Assembly (NCBI GenBank): GCA_963753595.1
Contig: CAVWCX010000030.1
Coordinates: 33,985 to 97,984 of the forward strand
Source: Candidatus Methanoperedenaceae archaeon
GTDB lineage: Archaea; Halobacteriota; Methanosarcinia; Methanosarcinales; Methanoperedenaceae
Direction: 5' to 3'
DNA length: 64,000 bases
In this document: piece after piece, positions 20,777-29,938 of the stretch
Layout of the letters: every line of letters begins with the position of its first letter
Position numbering within the stretch: position 1 is the stretch's first letter
Program-made: the position numbers and the translations under genes
The notes under the pieces: generated by a model
What the model was told of the DNA's origin: nothing
Databases searched by the model: none
What the model saw: only the letters and a program-made list of their open reading frames with translations

Positions 20777-21479
20777 AATGATAAAAATGACAGATTTTAC
20801 CCATACCCCTCTGGAAATAAAGGGACTTTCCAGGATTTATGGAATGGGAGATGTGAAAGTAAAGGCGCTGAATAATGTCTCATTTGAAATTCCGCACGGG
20901 GAATTTGTAGCCATTATGGGTAAAAGCGGAAGCGGTAAATCAACATTGCTGCACCAGCTCGGATTACTCGATACACCTGCTTCAGGCCAGATCATTTTCG
21001 GTGGAAAAAACATACTTGAGCTGTCCGAATCCGGCAAAGCGAGATTTCGTCTTTCAAAATTCGGTTATGTCTTCCAGGAGTATGCGCTTCTTCCAGAGCT
21101 CAGTGCACTTGAAAATGTCTATCTTCCTGCAATCGCACTCGGGAGAAATGAAGATGATTATATTAAAGCTGCAACTGTTGTACTTGAACAGGTTGGACTT
21201 GGCACAAGGTTGCATCACCGCCCCCGCGAGTTGTCAGGAGGAGAGCAGCAGCGTGTTGCGATCGCAAGAGCGCTGATAAACAAACCTGAGATACTATTTG
21301 CGGATGAGCCAACTGCAAATCTTGATACTGCCTCTACAAAACAAATCCTTGAGTTATTCAAGGAATTAAATAAGACCGGGCTGACGATCCTGATGGTGAC
21401 CCATGAACCCGATGATATGAAGTATGTGAGCAAGGTGATCTGGTTGAAGGATGGAGAGCTTGCAGAGAGGGGATCATGA
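20769..21479 (+). CDS. ABC transporter ATP-binding protein (LolD/MacB type)
   Basis: GKSGSGKST, LSGGEQQR, ADEPTANLD, VTH. Confidence 0.95.
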   Translation: MIKMIKMTDFTHTPLEIKGLSRIYGMGDVKVKALNNVSFEIPHGEFVAIMGKSGSGKSTLLHQLGLLDTPASGQIIFGGKNILELSESGKARFRLSKFGYVFQEYALLPELSALENVYLPAIALGRNEDDYIKAATVVLEQVGLGTRLHHRPRELSGGEQQRVAIARALINKPEILFADEPTANLDTASTKQILELFKELNKTGLTILMVTHEPDDMKYVSKVIWLKDGELAERGS

Positions 21480-21486
21480 CTATTTT

Positions 21487-21623
21487 CACCGCAAAGTCAA
21501 ATATAAATCCCTGGTTCATAAATGACATGAAAAAAGCAACGAACTGGAACGAACTCCGGTTGCGTTGGTTCGTATGGAGTTCAATGTTAATTTTTTCATA
21601 CCAGAGCACAAAGTAATGCTAAG
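21487..21623. repeat. CGCAAAG-type periodic arm interrupted by miniature element copy A (21497-21604)
   Basis: caccgcaaag | tc...atgaaaaaagcaacgaac...ttttttcataccag | agcacaaag taatgctaag; reverse-complement homolog of 24850-24996. Confidence 0.7.
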
Positions 21624-21648
21624 ATTGTTTGAAATAAGGTTGATAAAC

Positions 21649-22440
21649 ATGACTAAAAAGGTTGAAATGAACGAATGGAATCCGGAACAGTATTTACAAT
21701 TTAGATCAGAAAGGACTCAGCCAGCTATTGATCTGGTTTCAAGAATAAATATTGCACATCCCAGATCAATAATCGATATCGGTTGCGGACCTGGAAATAG
21801 TACACAGATATTAGTGAATCGATGGCCGGATAGTGAGGTAGTCGGTTTGGATAACTCGACCGCAATGATCGAGAAAGCAAGACAGGATTATCCAGACCAA
21901 AAATGGATCGTTGCTAATGCAGAAAATATTGATCCGAATAGCAAATATGACCTTATTTTTTCCAATGCAACACTTCAATGGCTCCCTCATCACGAGACAC
22001 TTTTACCAGAATTATTTAATTGTGTAAATCCCGGAGGCGCCATTGCTGTACAGATACCCAAATTTAAGAATATGCCAATTAATGTGGCTATTGAGACTGT
22101 AGCAAATAAATGGATAAACTATACAAAAGGCTGCGAAGAACTTTTTACTCTTAAATATATGGATTTTTATTATGATATTCTCAATAAATTAGCGACAGGA
22201 GTTGAATTATGGGAAACTTCCTATTTTCATATTTTAAATTCCCAGGAATCTGTAATAGATTTTATCAGGACTACAGGACTGAAGCCATATCTTGATCGTC
22301 TGCCAACCGATGAAATGAGATATGGATTTGAGCAGGAAGTATTAACAGAGTGTAGAAAATATTATAAAGTACAATCTGATGGCAAGGTTTTATTTCCATT
22401 TGATAGAATGTTCTTTATCGGATATAAGGGTTTATTATGA
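21649..22440 (+). CDS. tam: Trans-aconitate 2-methyltransferase
   Basis: WNPEQYLQF..ERTQPA.DL, DIGCGPGNST, NATLQW, FPFDRMF. Confidence 0.85.
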   Translation: MTKKVEMNEWNPEQYLQFRSERTQPAIDLVSRINIAHPRSIIDIGCGPGNSTQILVNRWPDSEVVGLDNSTAMIEKARQDYPDQKWIVANAENIDPNSKYDLIFSNATLQWLPHHETLLPELFNCVNPGGAIAVQIPKFKNMPINVAIETVANKWINYTKGCEELFTLKYMDFYYDILNKLATGVELWETSYFHILNSQESVIDFIRTTGLKPYLDRLPTDEMRYGFEQEVLTECRKYYKVQSDGKVLFPFDRMFFIGYKGLL

Positions 22441-23243
22441 AAAATATGAATAAGATATCTAAAAAGAAATTGGTTTTCATTGCACTGCTGGCAATTTTTG
22501 CAATAATCGTACTGGCATGGCTGGCCCCTTTGCAAAGAACTGCAGGGGTACGAATTGGTTTTAGCGTTGGTAGTTCTCAGGGAGCAACAGAAAACAACAC
22601 CGAAATTGAAATTGTAAAGGTGCATGGAGAATTCTTTAATGAGGGAGATATAATTGCAAAAAATCTGACTGCTACGGTAATATTTACAGATGATGCCCAC
22701 AATAAAGTTGTCAGGAAAACTGTGAAAGAAGGAGTGGATCTGCTCCCGAACAAAAGGTTAATAGTAGAATTTGATTCAGAATATTCAAGAGAGAAGACCA
22801 TACCGAAAACATATGTCAACGTTACCGTTCAGTTCGATTATATGGAAAACGGGATTTTAAAAACAACGAGCGATGAACCAGATTCTTCAGACAAGGGGAA
22901 TAATAACACTGGCAAATTAATTTATGGCAACGCTACTGTTGAGAGTATTGAAATGATGGCCCTTGAATCATTTCCCGTTCAGATAAAAGTCAACGCTAAT
23001 GGCTATCTGCCTGATGGCTGCACCAAAATAGACGAAATCAAGGAAGAAAAAAAGGATAACACCTTTTTAGTCATCATTAAAACAGTTCGACCTGCGGATA
23101 TATTTTGCACTGAGGTTATAGTGCCCTTCCAGGAAGTGATTTCGCTTGACGTTTATGGATTGAAAGCTGGAGAATATAATGTCGATGTCAACGGTATAAA
23201 AGGAAAATTCGAATTAGGAACAGATAATATCATCCGGGAATAA
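22437..23243 (+). CDS. Membrane-anchored/secreted hypothetical protein
   Basis: N-terminal TM; C-terminal ESFPVQ..GYLPDGC..CTEVIVPF two-Cys domain. Confidence 0.65.
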   Translation: MKNMNKISKKKLVFIALLAIFAIIVLAWLAPLQRTAGVRIGFSVGSSQGATENNTEIEIVKVHGEFFNEGDIIAKNLTATVIFTDDAHNKVVRKTVKEGVDLLPNKRLIVEFDSEYSREKTIPKTYVNVTVQFDYMENGILKTTSDEPDSSDKGNNNTGKLIYGNATVESIEMMALESFPVQIKVNANGYLPDGCTKIDEIKEEKKDNTFLVIIKTVRPADIFCTEVIVPFQEVISLDVYGLKAGEYNVDVNGIKGKFELGTDNIIRE

Positions 23244-23287
23244 TATCTAAATTTGAATTGTAAGTATATTGCAAAATTTAAGAAGAG

Positions 23288-24031
23288 ATGAGTATGGATA
23301 AAAATAATAATATCCAGCAACACTATGATCAGTTGCTTGCCAGGCAATATACATGGGTTTTTGGTGATGTTCAATCAAGAGTCGAGGAAAATAGAATATT
23401 GTTTCATTCTTTGGGATTGGGAAATGGGGCTGGCGCTCTTGCCGTCGATCTTGGCTGTGGGCCCGGTTATCATTCCCTGGCATTGAGCAACTTGGGATAT
23501 GAAGTCGTGGCAGTCGATTCATCGCAAGCCTTGCTGAATGAGCTGGTAAGTCATGATGATAGCAAAAGGATAAAGACGGTACGTGCGGATATTCGCAAGA
23601 TCCGTGATATTGTTGGTTGTCAGGCAAATCTTGTGATTTGCATGGGGGATACTCTTTCTCTTCTGGATTCATATTTGGATCTAACAAAACTTTTAAAGGA
23701 TGTTCGCCAATGTTTATCCGGGAAAGGACTTTTGATTCTTTCATTTCGCGACCAGACTCGCGCATTGGAAGGGATTGACCGGATATTGCCGATCAAGAGT
23801 GAACGGGATAGAGTATTTACCTGTTTACTGGAGTATGAAAAAGACAAGATTGAAGTAACTGATATCCTGTATAAGTTTGCTGACAGGAAATGGAGCCTTG
23901 AGAAGAGTTCTTATAAAAAGATCCGGATTTTTTCTGAAAAACTGGAAGCCATCATTTGTGACGTTGGTTTTAAGATAATACGGAAAGATGAAAATATTGG
24001 GTTTGTGACATTGTTCATGGAAAGGGAATAG
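23288..24031 (+). CDS. Class I SAM-dependent methyltransferase
   Basis: VDLGCGPG, AVDSS, CMGDTL. Confidence 0.85.
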   Translation: MSMDKNNNIQQHYDQLLARQYTWVFGDVQSRVEENRILFHSLGLGNGAGALAVDLGCGPGYHSLALSNLGYEVVAVDSSQALLNELVSHDDSKRIKTVRADIRKIRDIVGCQANLVICMGDTLSLLDSYLDLTKLLKDVRQCLSGKGLLILSFRDQTRALEGIDRILPIKSERDRVFTCLLEYEKDKIEVTDILYKFADRKWSLEKSSYKKIRIFSEKLEAIICDVGFKIIRKDENIGFVTLFMERE

Positions 24032-24094
24032 TGATGTGTGAAACCCTGGAAAATACAAAAAACCTTATGGGCTCCATAGTTAATTGAAATTAAT

Positions 24095-24763
24095 ATGGCA
24101 ACGCTTGATCCTACCTACTGGGGCTTTTTCGTATTCGGCATTCTTGCGGGCCTTTGCCCCTGCAATACCGTGCTTTGTCTGGCGCTCATAGGCTCGGTGG
24201 CAGGCGATGGTGCGGTTCGATACCCATTTCGGGATTCACTAAGGCTGACCCTGCCGTTTGGCATAGGCACGCTGCTCATTCTTACTCCTCTTGGAGGCAT
24301 CGTTGCGTACATTGGGAAAAGCGTAGTACTGTTCAATGCATCTATAGCGTATGCATCCGGTGGTGCCGTGATGCTAATAATGGCACTCCAGCTTTTTGGC
24401 GTTTATCATTTGCCTGTTCGGGATATTTTTATGCGTTTACGTCTGCCGGCATCATTCACTCCTATGGGAACATTCCTGCTTGGCGTTTCATTCGGGGCTA
24501 TTACCATTGGGAGAGTGGCTCCAATGCTCTTTTCCGTGCTTGCAGTTGCAGCATTATCAGGTTCGGTTGTATATGGCGTTACTGTATCGTTCCTTTTCGG
24601 GATAGGCATGATGCTGCCCCTTGTAATCATAAGTTCCATCGGTGGTGCAACAGGTAAAACCGTTCGTGGAAAGCTTAAAGATGGAGGCATATTGCTTGAT
24701 CGTATCCTTGGTATAATTATGGTTTTTGCAGCAGGATATTTCTTCTATATGGCAATGAAATAA
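24095..24763 (+). CDS. CcdA/DsbD-like transmembrane protein
   Basis: GILAGLCPC first Cys-Pro motif, about 6 TM, FGIGMMLP. Confidence 0.7.
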   Translation: MATLDPTYWGFFVFGILAGLCPCNTVLCLALIGSVAGDGAVRYPFRDSLRLTLPFGIGTLLILTPLGGIVAYIGKSVVLFNASIAYASGGAVMLIMALQLFGVYHLPVRDIFMRLRLPASFTPMGTFLLGVSFGAITIGRVAPMLFSVLAVAALSGSVVYGVTVSFLFGIGMMLPLVIISSIGGATGKTVRGKLKDGGILLDRILGIIMVFAAGYFFYMAMK

Positions 24764-24788
24764 CAATTTATATATATATATATTTAAA

Positions 24789-24996
24789 CACCGCAAAGGG
24801 CGAAAAGTACGCAAGGAACGATTTTCCTAACCTTTGCGCCCCTTGCGTTCTGGTATGAAAAAACAACGAACTAATACGAACTGAAACGAACTCAAGCTAC
24901 CAGAGTTCGTTCGTGTTCGTTTATGTTCGTTTATGTTCGTTGTTTTTTTTCATTTTTATTTATGAATCGGGAGGATTCATGGCCGACTTTGCGGTG
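24789..24996. repeat. 3+3 unit 9-bp-period CGCAAAG hairpin interrupted by miniature element copy B (24850-24986)
   Basis: caccgcaaag ggcgaaaag tacgcaagg / ctttgcgcc ccttgcgtt [insert] ctttgcggtg; the insert carries its own ACGAACT/GTTCGT hairpin. Confidence 0.8.
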
Positions 24997-25039
24997 AGTC
25001 CTTGAATAAGAAGCTACCTGGTAATTCAAGTTCAATGAG

Positions 25040-25726
25040 TTATGGGCTCTTGCCAGCTTGATTCGTGATCCGGTTCCTATCGACCCAAAAAGCAATAACA
25101 ACAAGCCCGATCTGGCCTGCTGTCATAGTGAGGGCGACAGAAATCATGTCCGGTGGAGGGGGGCTGAAGATATTGCCAATAAAAAGGACCATCAGGATCA
25201 ATACCATAATGGCAAGCCCATATTTTCCCGGCGATGAAACACTATGGGTCACGCTCCTGTAAAGATAAATCCCTATAAACAAAAGTCCAATTTCTACGAT
25301 CATTGTACCTGCAAGGCTGTTCCAGAGAGATAAACCAAGTATGGGAGAATTTTTTCCAGAGATCGTCATATCAGGTGTATGTGAGATTACATCCAGAATA
25401 AAATGCGAGAAGATCGCAATTGCGAGTATGAATGCCGGCCGCTTCCTTTGCGAGCGAACCCCTGTTGGCCAGAGCCAATATACCAGAAAACCGGCTGTTG
25501 CCCACACAAATGCACCCAATGCGCTGTGGCTCAGGGGATAATCGTAGAATTCAAATGGTGATACGACCGTGGCGCCGGGGACGATCTTTGCGTGCTCAAT
25601 CCCGAAAAGCAAAAAGAGCCCAAACAGGATGTCAAGTATGATCGCACCGAAAAGCAGCAGACCAAGTGATAATCTTGGCTCCACCTTTTTGAGTGCAAGT
25701 CCGATGCCATAGTGACCGATAAACAT
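25040..25726 (-). CDS. Membrane-bound metal-dependent hydrolase-like protein
   Basis: MFIGH, SHS, SHFILD..SH, GLSLWN. Confidence 0.7.
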   Translation of the reverse strand: MFIGHYGIGLALKKVEPRLSLGLLLFGAIILDILFGLFLLFGIEHAKIVPGATVVSPFEFYDYPLSHSALGAFVWATAGFLVYWLWPTGVRSQRKRPAFILAIAIFSHFILDVISHTPDMTISGKNSPILGLSLWNSLAGTMIVEIGLLFIGIYLYRSVTHSVSSPGKYGLAIMVLILMVLFIGNIFSPPPPDMISVALTMTAGQIGLVVIAFWVDRNRITNQAGKSP

Positions 25727-25764
25727 TTTTTAACCTCGTTCGATATTTATGATGAGAGAAAAAC

Positions 25765-26000
25765 TCACCCGGCCTTTTTATTCTCTATCTCAACCAATTT
25801 GTTTATTCGTTCTTCTACAATATCCATCGAATCTTCAAACAATTTCCTGTTAATATCAATATTGAAGTATTTTTTAAGTTTCTCTTTCGGGGTAAGTGTA
25901 GTGCCTGCTGAAAGATATTCAATATAATTCTTGTTGAATTCTTCCGGATCATCCCTGTATTTTTTGAAAAGAGAAAGAGAAATTGCCTTTGAATTCGTTT
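25765..26000 (-). pseudogene. C-terminal remnant resembling oligoendopeptidase F (M3 family)
   Basis: SKAISLSLFKKY..FNKNYIEYLSAG..TP.E.L; no N-terminal part present. Confidence 0.5.
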
Positions 26001-26563
26001 CTTCAAAAACCCCCCTGCGTTTCAGTATCCAGCCTGCGCGCAAAAAAGGGAACCAACAGGTTAGTGGCTCGATGATGAAAATGTGCTCACCATCGAACAG
26101 GTATCAGTAAGTGCGCCAGTCCATTTCACGACCGGGGGGCATTATCAACGTGTTTTCCATTTGACCCTTACTAAGGGGTGCCAATTATACGTATGAATAG
26201 ACTTTTAAAAACTAAAATATCCATCACCGTACTTTTAAAAACTAAAATATCCATCATCGTACCTTTAAAAAACAAAATAAACTGAAATAATTGTCAGGAT
26301 ATTTATATTGTTTTAAGTCTTGTAAGGAAAGTGAGGAAGCCATTACCATACCTTTCCTATACCACAAGAAATGTACAATGTTTCTGGCCTCCTCTTTCTT
26401 TCATACACTCTAAGTCCCTGCCAGTTCTCATTATGTGCATGCCCTTTATTTGGATTTCTTTTATTTTTCTCCTTCCGCCCGCAGTTTGAGAGCTTGATTC
26501 ATAACTTCAAAACCCCTGCGTGTTTCAGTATCCAGACTGCGCGCAAAAAGGGGAACTAACAGG
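26001..26563. repeat. Direct repeat pair of about 58 bp (26001-26059 and 26504-26563)
   Basis: cttcaaaa(a)cccc..gtttcagtatccag.ctgcgcgcaaaaa(a)gggaac.aacagg in both; both are followed by ggctcgatgatga. Confidence 0.7.
26201..26280. repeat. 30-bp tandem repeat, two copies plus a partial third
   Basis: acttttaaaaactaaaatatccatca(c/t)cgt x2, then acctttaaaaaacaaaataa. Confidence 0.85.
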
Positions 26564-26649
26564 CCAGTAATGATTTCACGCTGTATAAATCGCACACCTC
26601 CAGCAACAAGCGGCTCGATGATGAGCAGCTAAAATTGCAGCATCCCATG

Positions 26650-26780
26650 GATGGATATAACTGTACGGAGATTGTTCTCATGGCGATGCAGGAAGCCGGA
26701 TATCCCCACAGCCTTTGGAACAGGGATCGGGAGACGGGACTGCGGTGCCGTAACCGGAGGGATAATTGCAATTATAGTTC
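26650..26780 (+). pseudogene. Fragment of a C-GCAxxG-C-C family redox protein
   Basis: GYNCTEIVLMAMQE and AFGTGIGRRDCGAVTGGIIA in different frames. Confidence 0.55.
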
Positions 26781-26878
26781 TCCGCATAACATCATTTTGG
26801 GATAGGGTGATCATTAATCCAAATTTTATTACTTTCACAATGCCCTATCTTAGCGTATAAAACCATGCAAACGAATTG

Positions 26879-27387
26879 GAACGCGGATGACGCGGATTGC
26901 GCGGATGCCCGCGGATCGAATTATCCTTATTCCAATAGAAGGAGATACAAAATGTTGTATTCAGAAATGACAGAAAAAATCATCAATTCGTTTTACAAAG
27001 TTTATAATGTATTGGGCTATGGCTTTCTGGAAAAAGTTTATGAAAATGCCCTGGTAATTGAATTAAAAAGTGCGGGTTTCAAGGTCTTACAGCAGCAAAA
27101 TATCAAAGTTTTCTATAAAAATCAGGTAGTTGGAGATTATTTCGCAGATATTATTGTGAATGACCTGATAATTTTAGAAATAAAAGCGTCTGAGGGTTTA
27201 AGGGATGAAAATAAGGCTCAGTTGATCAATTATCTAAAAGCTACCAATAAAACAAGTCGGGCTTTTGTTTAATTTTGGTAAAAAACCAGATTTCAATAGA
27301 GCAATCTTCTCGAATGATAGAAAGGAAATATCATATACAGAAGCCTCAAATCCGTGTGAATCCGCGCAATCCGCGTCATCCGCGTTC
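26879..27387. repeat. Perfect 28-bp inverted repeat of 9-bp CGCGGAT units bracketing the GxxExxY gene
   Basis: gaacgcggatgacgcggattgcgcggat (26879-26906) vs atccgcgcaatccgcgtcatccgcgttc (27360-27387); imperfect extension to about 50 bp. Confidence 0.92.
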
Positions 27388-27402
27388 TATTCGTCTGGAT
27401 GA
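26952..27402 (+). CDS. GxxExxY family PD-(D/E)XK nuclease, frameshifted at AAAA 27249-27252
   Basis: RBS AAGGAG; LGYGFLEKVYENAL, ADIIV..LEIKA, AQLINYLKAT; the other frame continues VGLLFNFGKKP to TGA at 27402. Confidence 0.85.
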
Positions 27403-27530
27403 ATACTATTCTTTAAATCCCGGACAACCATGCAAATAACTCAACCCATCCTGCTGTAACAAACACCGATGCTGACTTCTGCGCAGTATTTTGACGGATA
27501 TTCCAGCCTTTGTCTGGACAGGCAATTTCT

Positions 27531-27678
27531 AAACAACGAACTAAAACGAACTGCAACGAACTCAAAGCAATCAGAGTTCGTATTGAGTTCGTCGGAGTTC
27601 GGTGTTAATTTTTTTCATACCAGCTCACGGAGGAAATAGAGCAACGTTGACTCTGTGATTTCTGAGGCATCTGTAGTT
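27531..27678. repeat. Miniature element copy C (27531-27623, one end truncated) abutting a CACAGAG-type periodic hairpin (27624-27678)
   Basis: acgaact x3 / gagttcg x3, ending ttttcataccag; then ctcacggag gaaatagag / ctctgtgat ttctgaggc atctgtagtt. Confidence 0.72.
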
Positions 27679-27718
27679 AATTATCATTACCAGATGCAAT
27701 CAAACAAACAGCATTCCA

Positions 27719-28371
27719 TCAATGCTTGTGGTCATCACCTTTCAAGATCAGAACACCAAGGGCCACCAGCCAGATACTCCAGAGAATGTAGCCAATAAAG
27801 TTGGCGGTATCAGTGCCGGGGACACCCAGCGGGATAAGGAGACCAAGCATTATGAGGAGCGCCGAGATGATCCCGAGCCATGAAAACCAGAGGCGTCCGA
27901 TGTTTTTACCCAGGGATTGGATGATAAGAATAGTCCAAACTCCTGTGAAGAGATAACCGAATGTCTCACCTATGATCGTCCCCAGGATCTTATTGAGCAA
28001 CTGGAATGTTGCCACATCACCATTTTGCGCAAGACCTGGCACGATCAATATCCATCGTGATAAGCCAATGACCTGCACAACTGCGGCCAATACACCCATC
28101 CACACCGCCATGCGGCTGCTCCCCAGGCGGCCAAGGATGACAGCAATGGGGCTAACAAACCAGCGCCAATCGCAAGGATGCTAAACCAGAAAATTATCGC
28201 GGTTTGGTTTGCCATGAATTGCCGAAGGATCTCATTTGCCGGCTCTTGCAAGATATCGGGATAATTAAAAACCGATCCTAATCCAATAAACGCTATGTTT
28301 GCCAGAACCGCACCAAGTACGAGCAATGCCGCCGCCAGTTTTCTGTAGGACCGCTCTGAAAATTCGTTCAT
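27719..28371 (-). CDS. DUF4386-like membrane protein split by a 1-nt frameshift at the G-run 28148-28151
   Basis: FNYPDILQEP N-half and QVIGLSRW..GETFGY C-half join if one base is added. Confidence 0.65.
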
Positions 28372-28390
28372 GCTTTCCTCATATTAGTCC

Positions 28391-29116
28391 TCATTTTGCG
28401 TCCCAATAGTACTCGAATAGCTTTTCGCACCACTTCCTGAACCTTTCATCATGGCCGAAAAAGGCAGTATTCTGGTCGATCTTGCCATCCGGTCCGGGCA
28501 GTTTGAGCATGGAGAAACTATTTGCCGTCATTATAGATAATTTGATCTCATCCAATGCCCTGAACTGTAATTTTTCCATGTTTTTTTCCCTGAGTTTCAA
28601 AGTTGAGATCAGATCTTTTGGAAATATTACCCTTATCTCCATTCCCTTTTCCAATACCTTTTCAACATTAGGCAGATGATGCCTGGGAAAATCATCTGAC
28701 ATGTACCAGAAGTGGCCTGAAAGACCTTCGCTCAATTTTTCCTGTGTGTTTAAAATATTATAAACGCCTGTCACGATCTCTCCTTTAGATAAAGCGTCTA
28801 TTTGTCCAAGGAGATCAAGAGGGATTGATGAAGTATCATGTTCAAGGAAATATCCTGATTTCTCAGATATGAAGTTCATCCCCGATATGCTGGATATAAC
28901 CAGTTTCCCCAGAAGCGTATTATAATATCTCCCATCCCCTTTTTTCTCAATTAGCCTTGCCTCAGCTAATCTTGATAATTGTCTTGATGCTTCTGCCGAG
29001 GTCATGTCAACTTCCTTGATCAGGTTGGTGAATGTCATATGTTTTTCATTCAGGGTCCGGAGTATATCAAGCCTTTTTCCTGAAGACAGTTCCGTGAATA
29101 GCTCATAGACTTTCAT
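28391..29116 (-). CDS. Winged-helix / DUF1724-like regulator, paralog of 17192-17932
   Basis: Near-identical motifs (YELFTELSS, EASRQLSRL, WYMSDDFPRHHLP, LPGPDGKID). Confidence 0.82.
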   Translation of the reverse strand: MKVYELFTELSSGKRLDILRTLNEKHMTFTNLIKEVDMTSAEASRQLSRLAEARLIEKKGDGRYYNTLLGKLVISSISGMNFISEKSGYFLEHDTSSIPLDLLGQIDALSKGEIVTGVYNILNTQEKLSEGLSGHFWYMSDDFPRHHLPNVEKVLEKGMEIRVIFPKDLISTLKLREKNMEKLQFRALDEIKLSIMTANSFSMLKLPGPDGKIDQNTAFFGHDERFRKWCEKLFEYYWDAK

Positions 29117-29127
29117 GGTATTTTCTT

Positions 29128-29198
29128 GTTACATTGGTGCAACCTTTGTAATATGCCTGTTGCCTGGATCTGCATTGTGCCAGATTTTTATTAAGCAT
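29128..29198. promoter_or_regulatory. Second copy of the divergent promoter/operator block
   Basis: GTTACA-TTGG-TGCAAC at 29128-29143, followed by tgccagatt..ttattaagcat. Confidence 0.55.
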
Positions 29199-29239
29199 CT
29201 CCGGATCAATTTTTCCTCTGGTGAAAAAGGTGATAAAAC

Positions 29240-29938
29240 ATGAACAATGAAAATATAATCCGGTTAACCGGGGTCACTAAGACCCATGAAGCTGCAGGAG
29301 GTACATTCCATGCGCTTCGGGAAGTTAATTTGGACGTGAAGCCTGGTGAGTTCGTTGCCATAATCGGTAAATCAGGCAGCGGTAAATCGACCATGCTCAA
29401 TATGTTAAGCGGTATCGACAGGCCGACATCAGGGGAAATATGGATCGGCGATACTCCTGTTCATACGCTGGACCAGGATCAGCTTGCAAAATGGCGCGGG
29501 AAGAATGTCGGCATCGTGTTCCAGTTCTTCCAGCTGCTGCCCACGCTGACCATTCTTGAGAATGTGATGCTGCCTATGGACTTCTGCAATTCCATCCCCG
29601 CACGTGAACGTAAGGGGAGGGCGCTGAGCCTGCTGGAACAGGTCGGTATCAGTGAGCAGGCATATAAGCTTCCCGCACTTCTTTCCGGCGGTCAGCAGCA
29701 GCGTGCTGCTATTGCACGCGCTCTCGCGAATGACCCTGCATTGCTTATGGCAGATGAGCCGACCGGAAATCTCGATTCTCATACCTCGGAGGCTATTTTA
29801 CAGCTTTTTAAGGGCCTTGCAGCATCGGGTAAAACCGTTATAATGGTGACGCATGAACGAGACATAACGCAATGGGTTTCAAGCGTGGTAAAGTTATCAG
29901 ACGGGCAGGTTGTTAATGGAAGTGGTTCACATGATTAG
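29240..29938 (+). CDS. ABC transporter ATP-binding protein
   Basis: GKSGSGKST, LSGGQQQR, ADEPTGNLD. Confidence 0.95.
   Translation: MNNENIIRLTGVTKTHEAAGGTFHALREVNLDVKPGEFVAIIGKSGSGKSTMLNMLSGIDRPTSGEIWIGDTPVHTLDQDQLAKWRGKNVGIVFQFFQLLPTLTILENVMLPMDFCNSIPARERKGRALSLLEQVGISEQAYKLPALLSGGQQQRAAIARALANDPALLMADEPTGNLDSHTSEAILQLFKGLAASGKTVIMVTHERDITQWVSSVVKLSDGQVVNGSGSHD

Noticed and set aside
21565-21648. N-terminal extension of tam
   Set aside because: Starts inside the miniature repeat element.
24769-24783. (TA)n run
   Set aside because: Short microsatellite with no supporting evidence of function.
24861-24945. ACGAACT/GTTCGT repeats as a CRISPR or guide array
   Set aside because: 10-bp period forming inverted arms, with no unique spacers; treated as a hairpin element.
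26201-26280. 30-bp repeat as a CRISPR array
   Set aside because: Units are directly adjacent with no spacers; no cas genes in the window.
26865-26951. NADDADCADA N-terminal peptide of the GxxExxY ORF
   Set aside because: Just the translation of the 9-bp repeat arm; the RBS supports ATG 26952.
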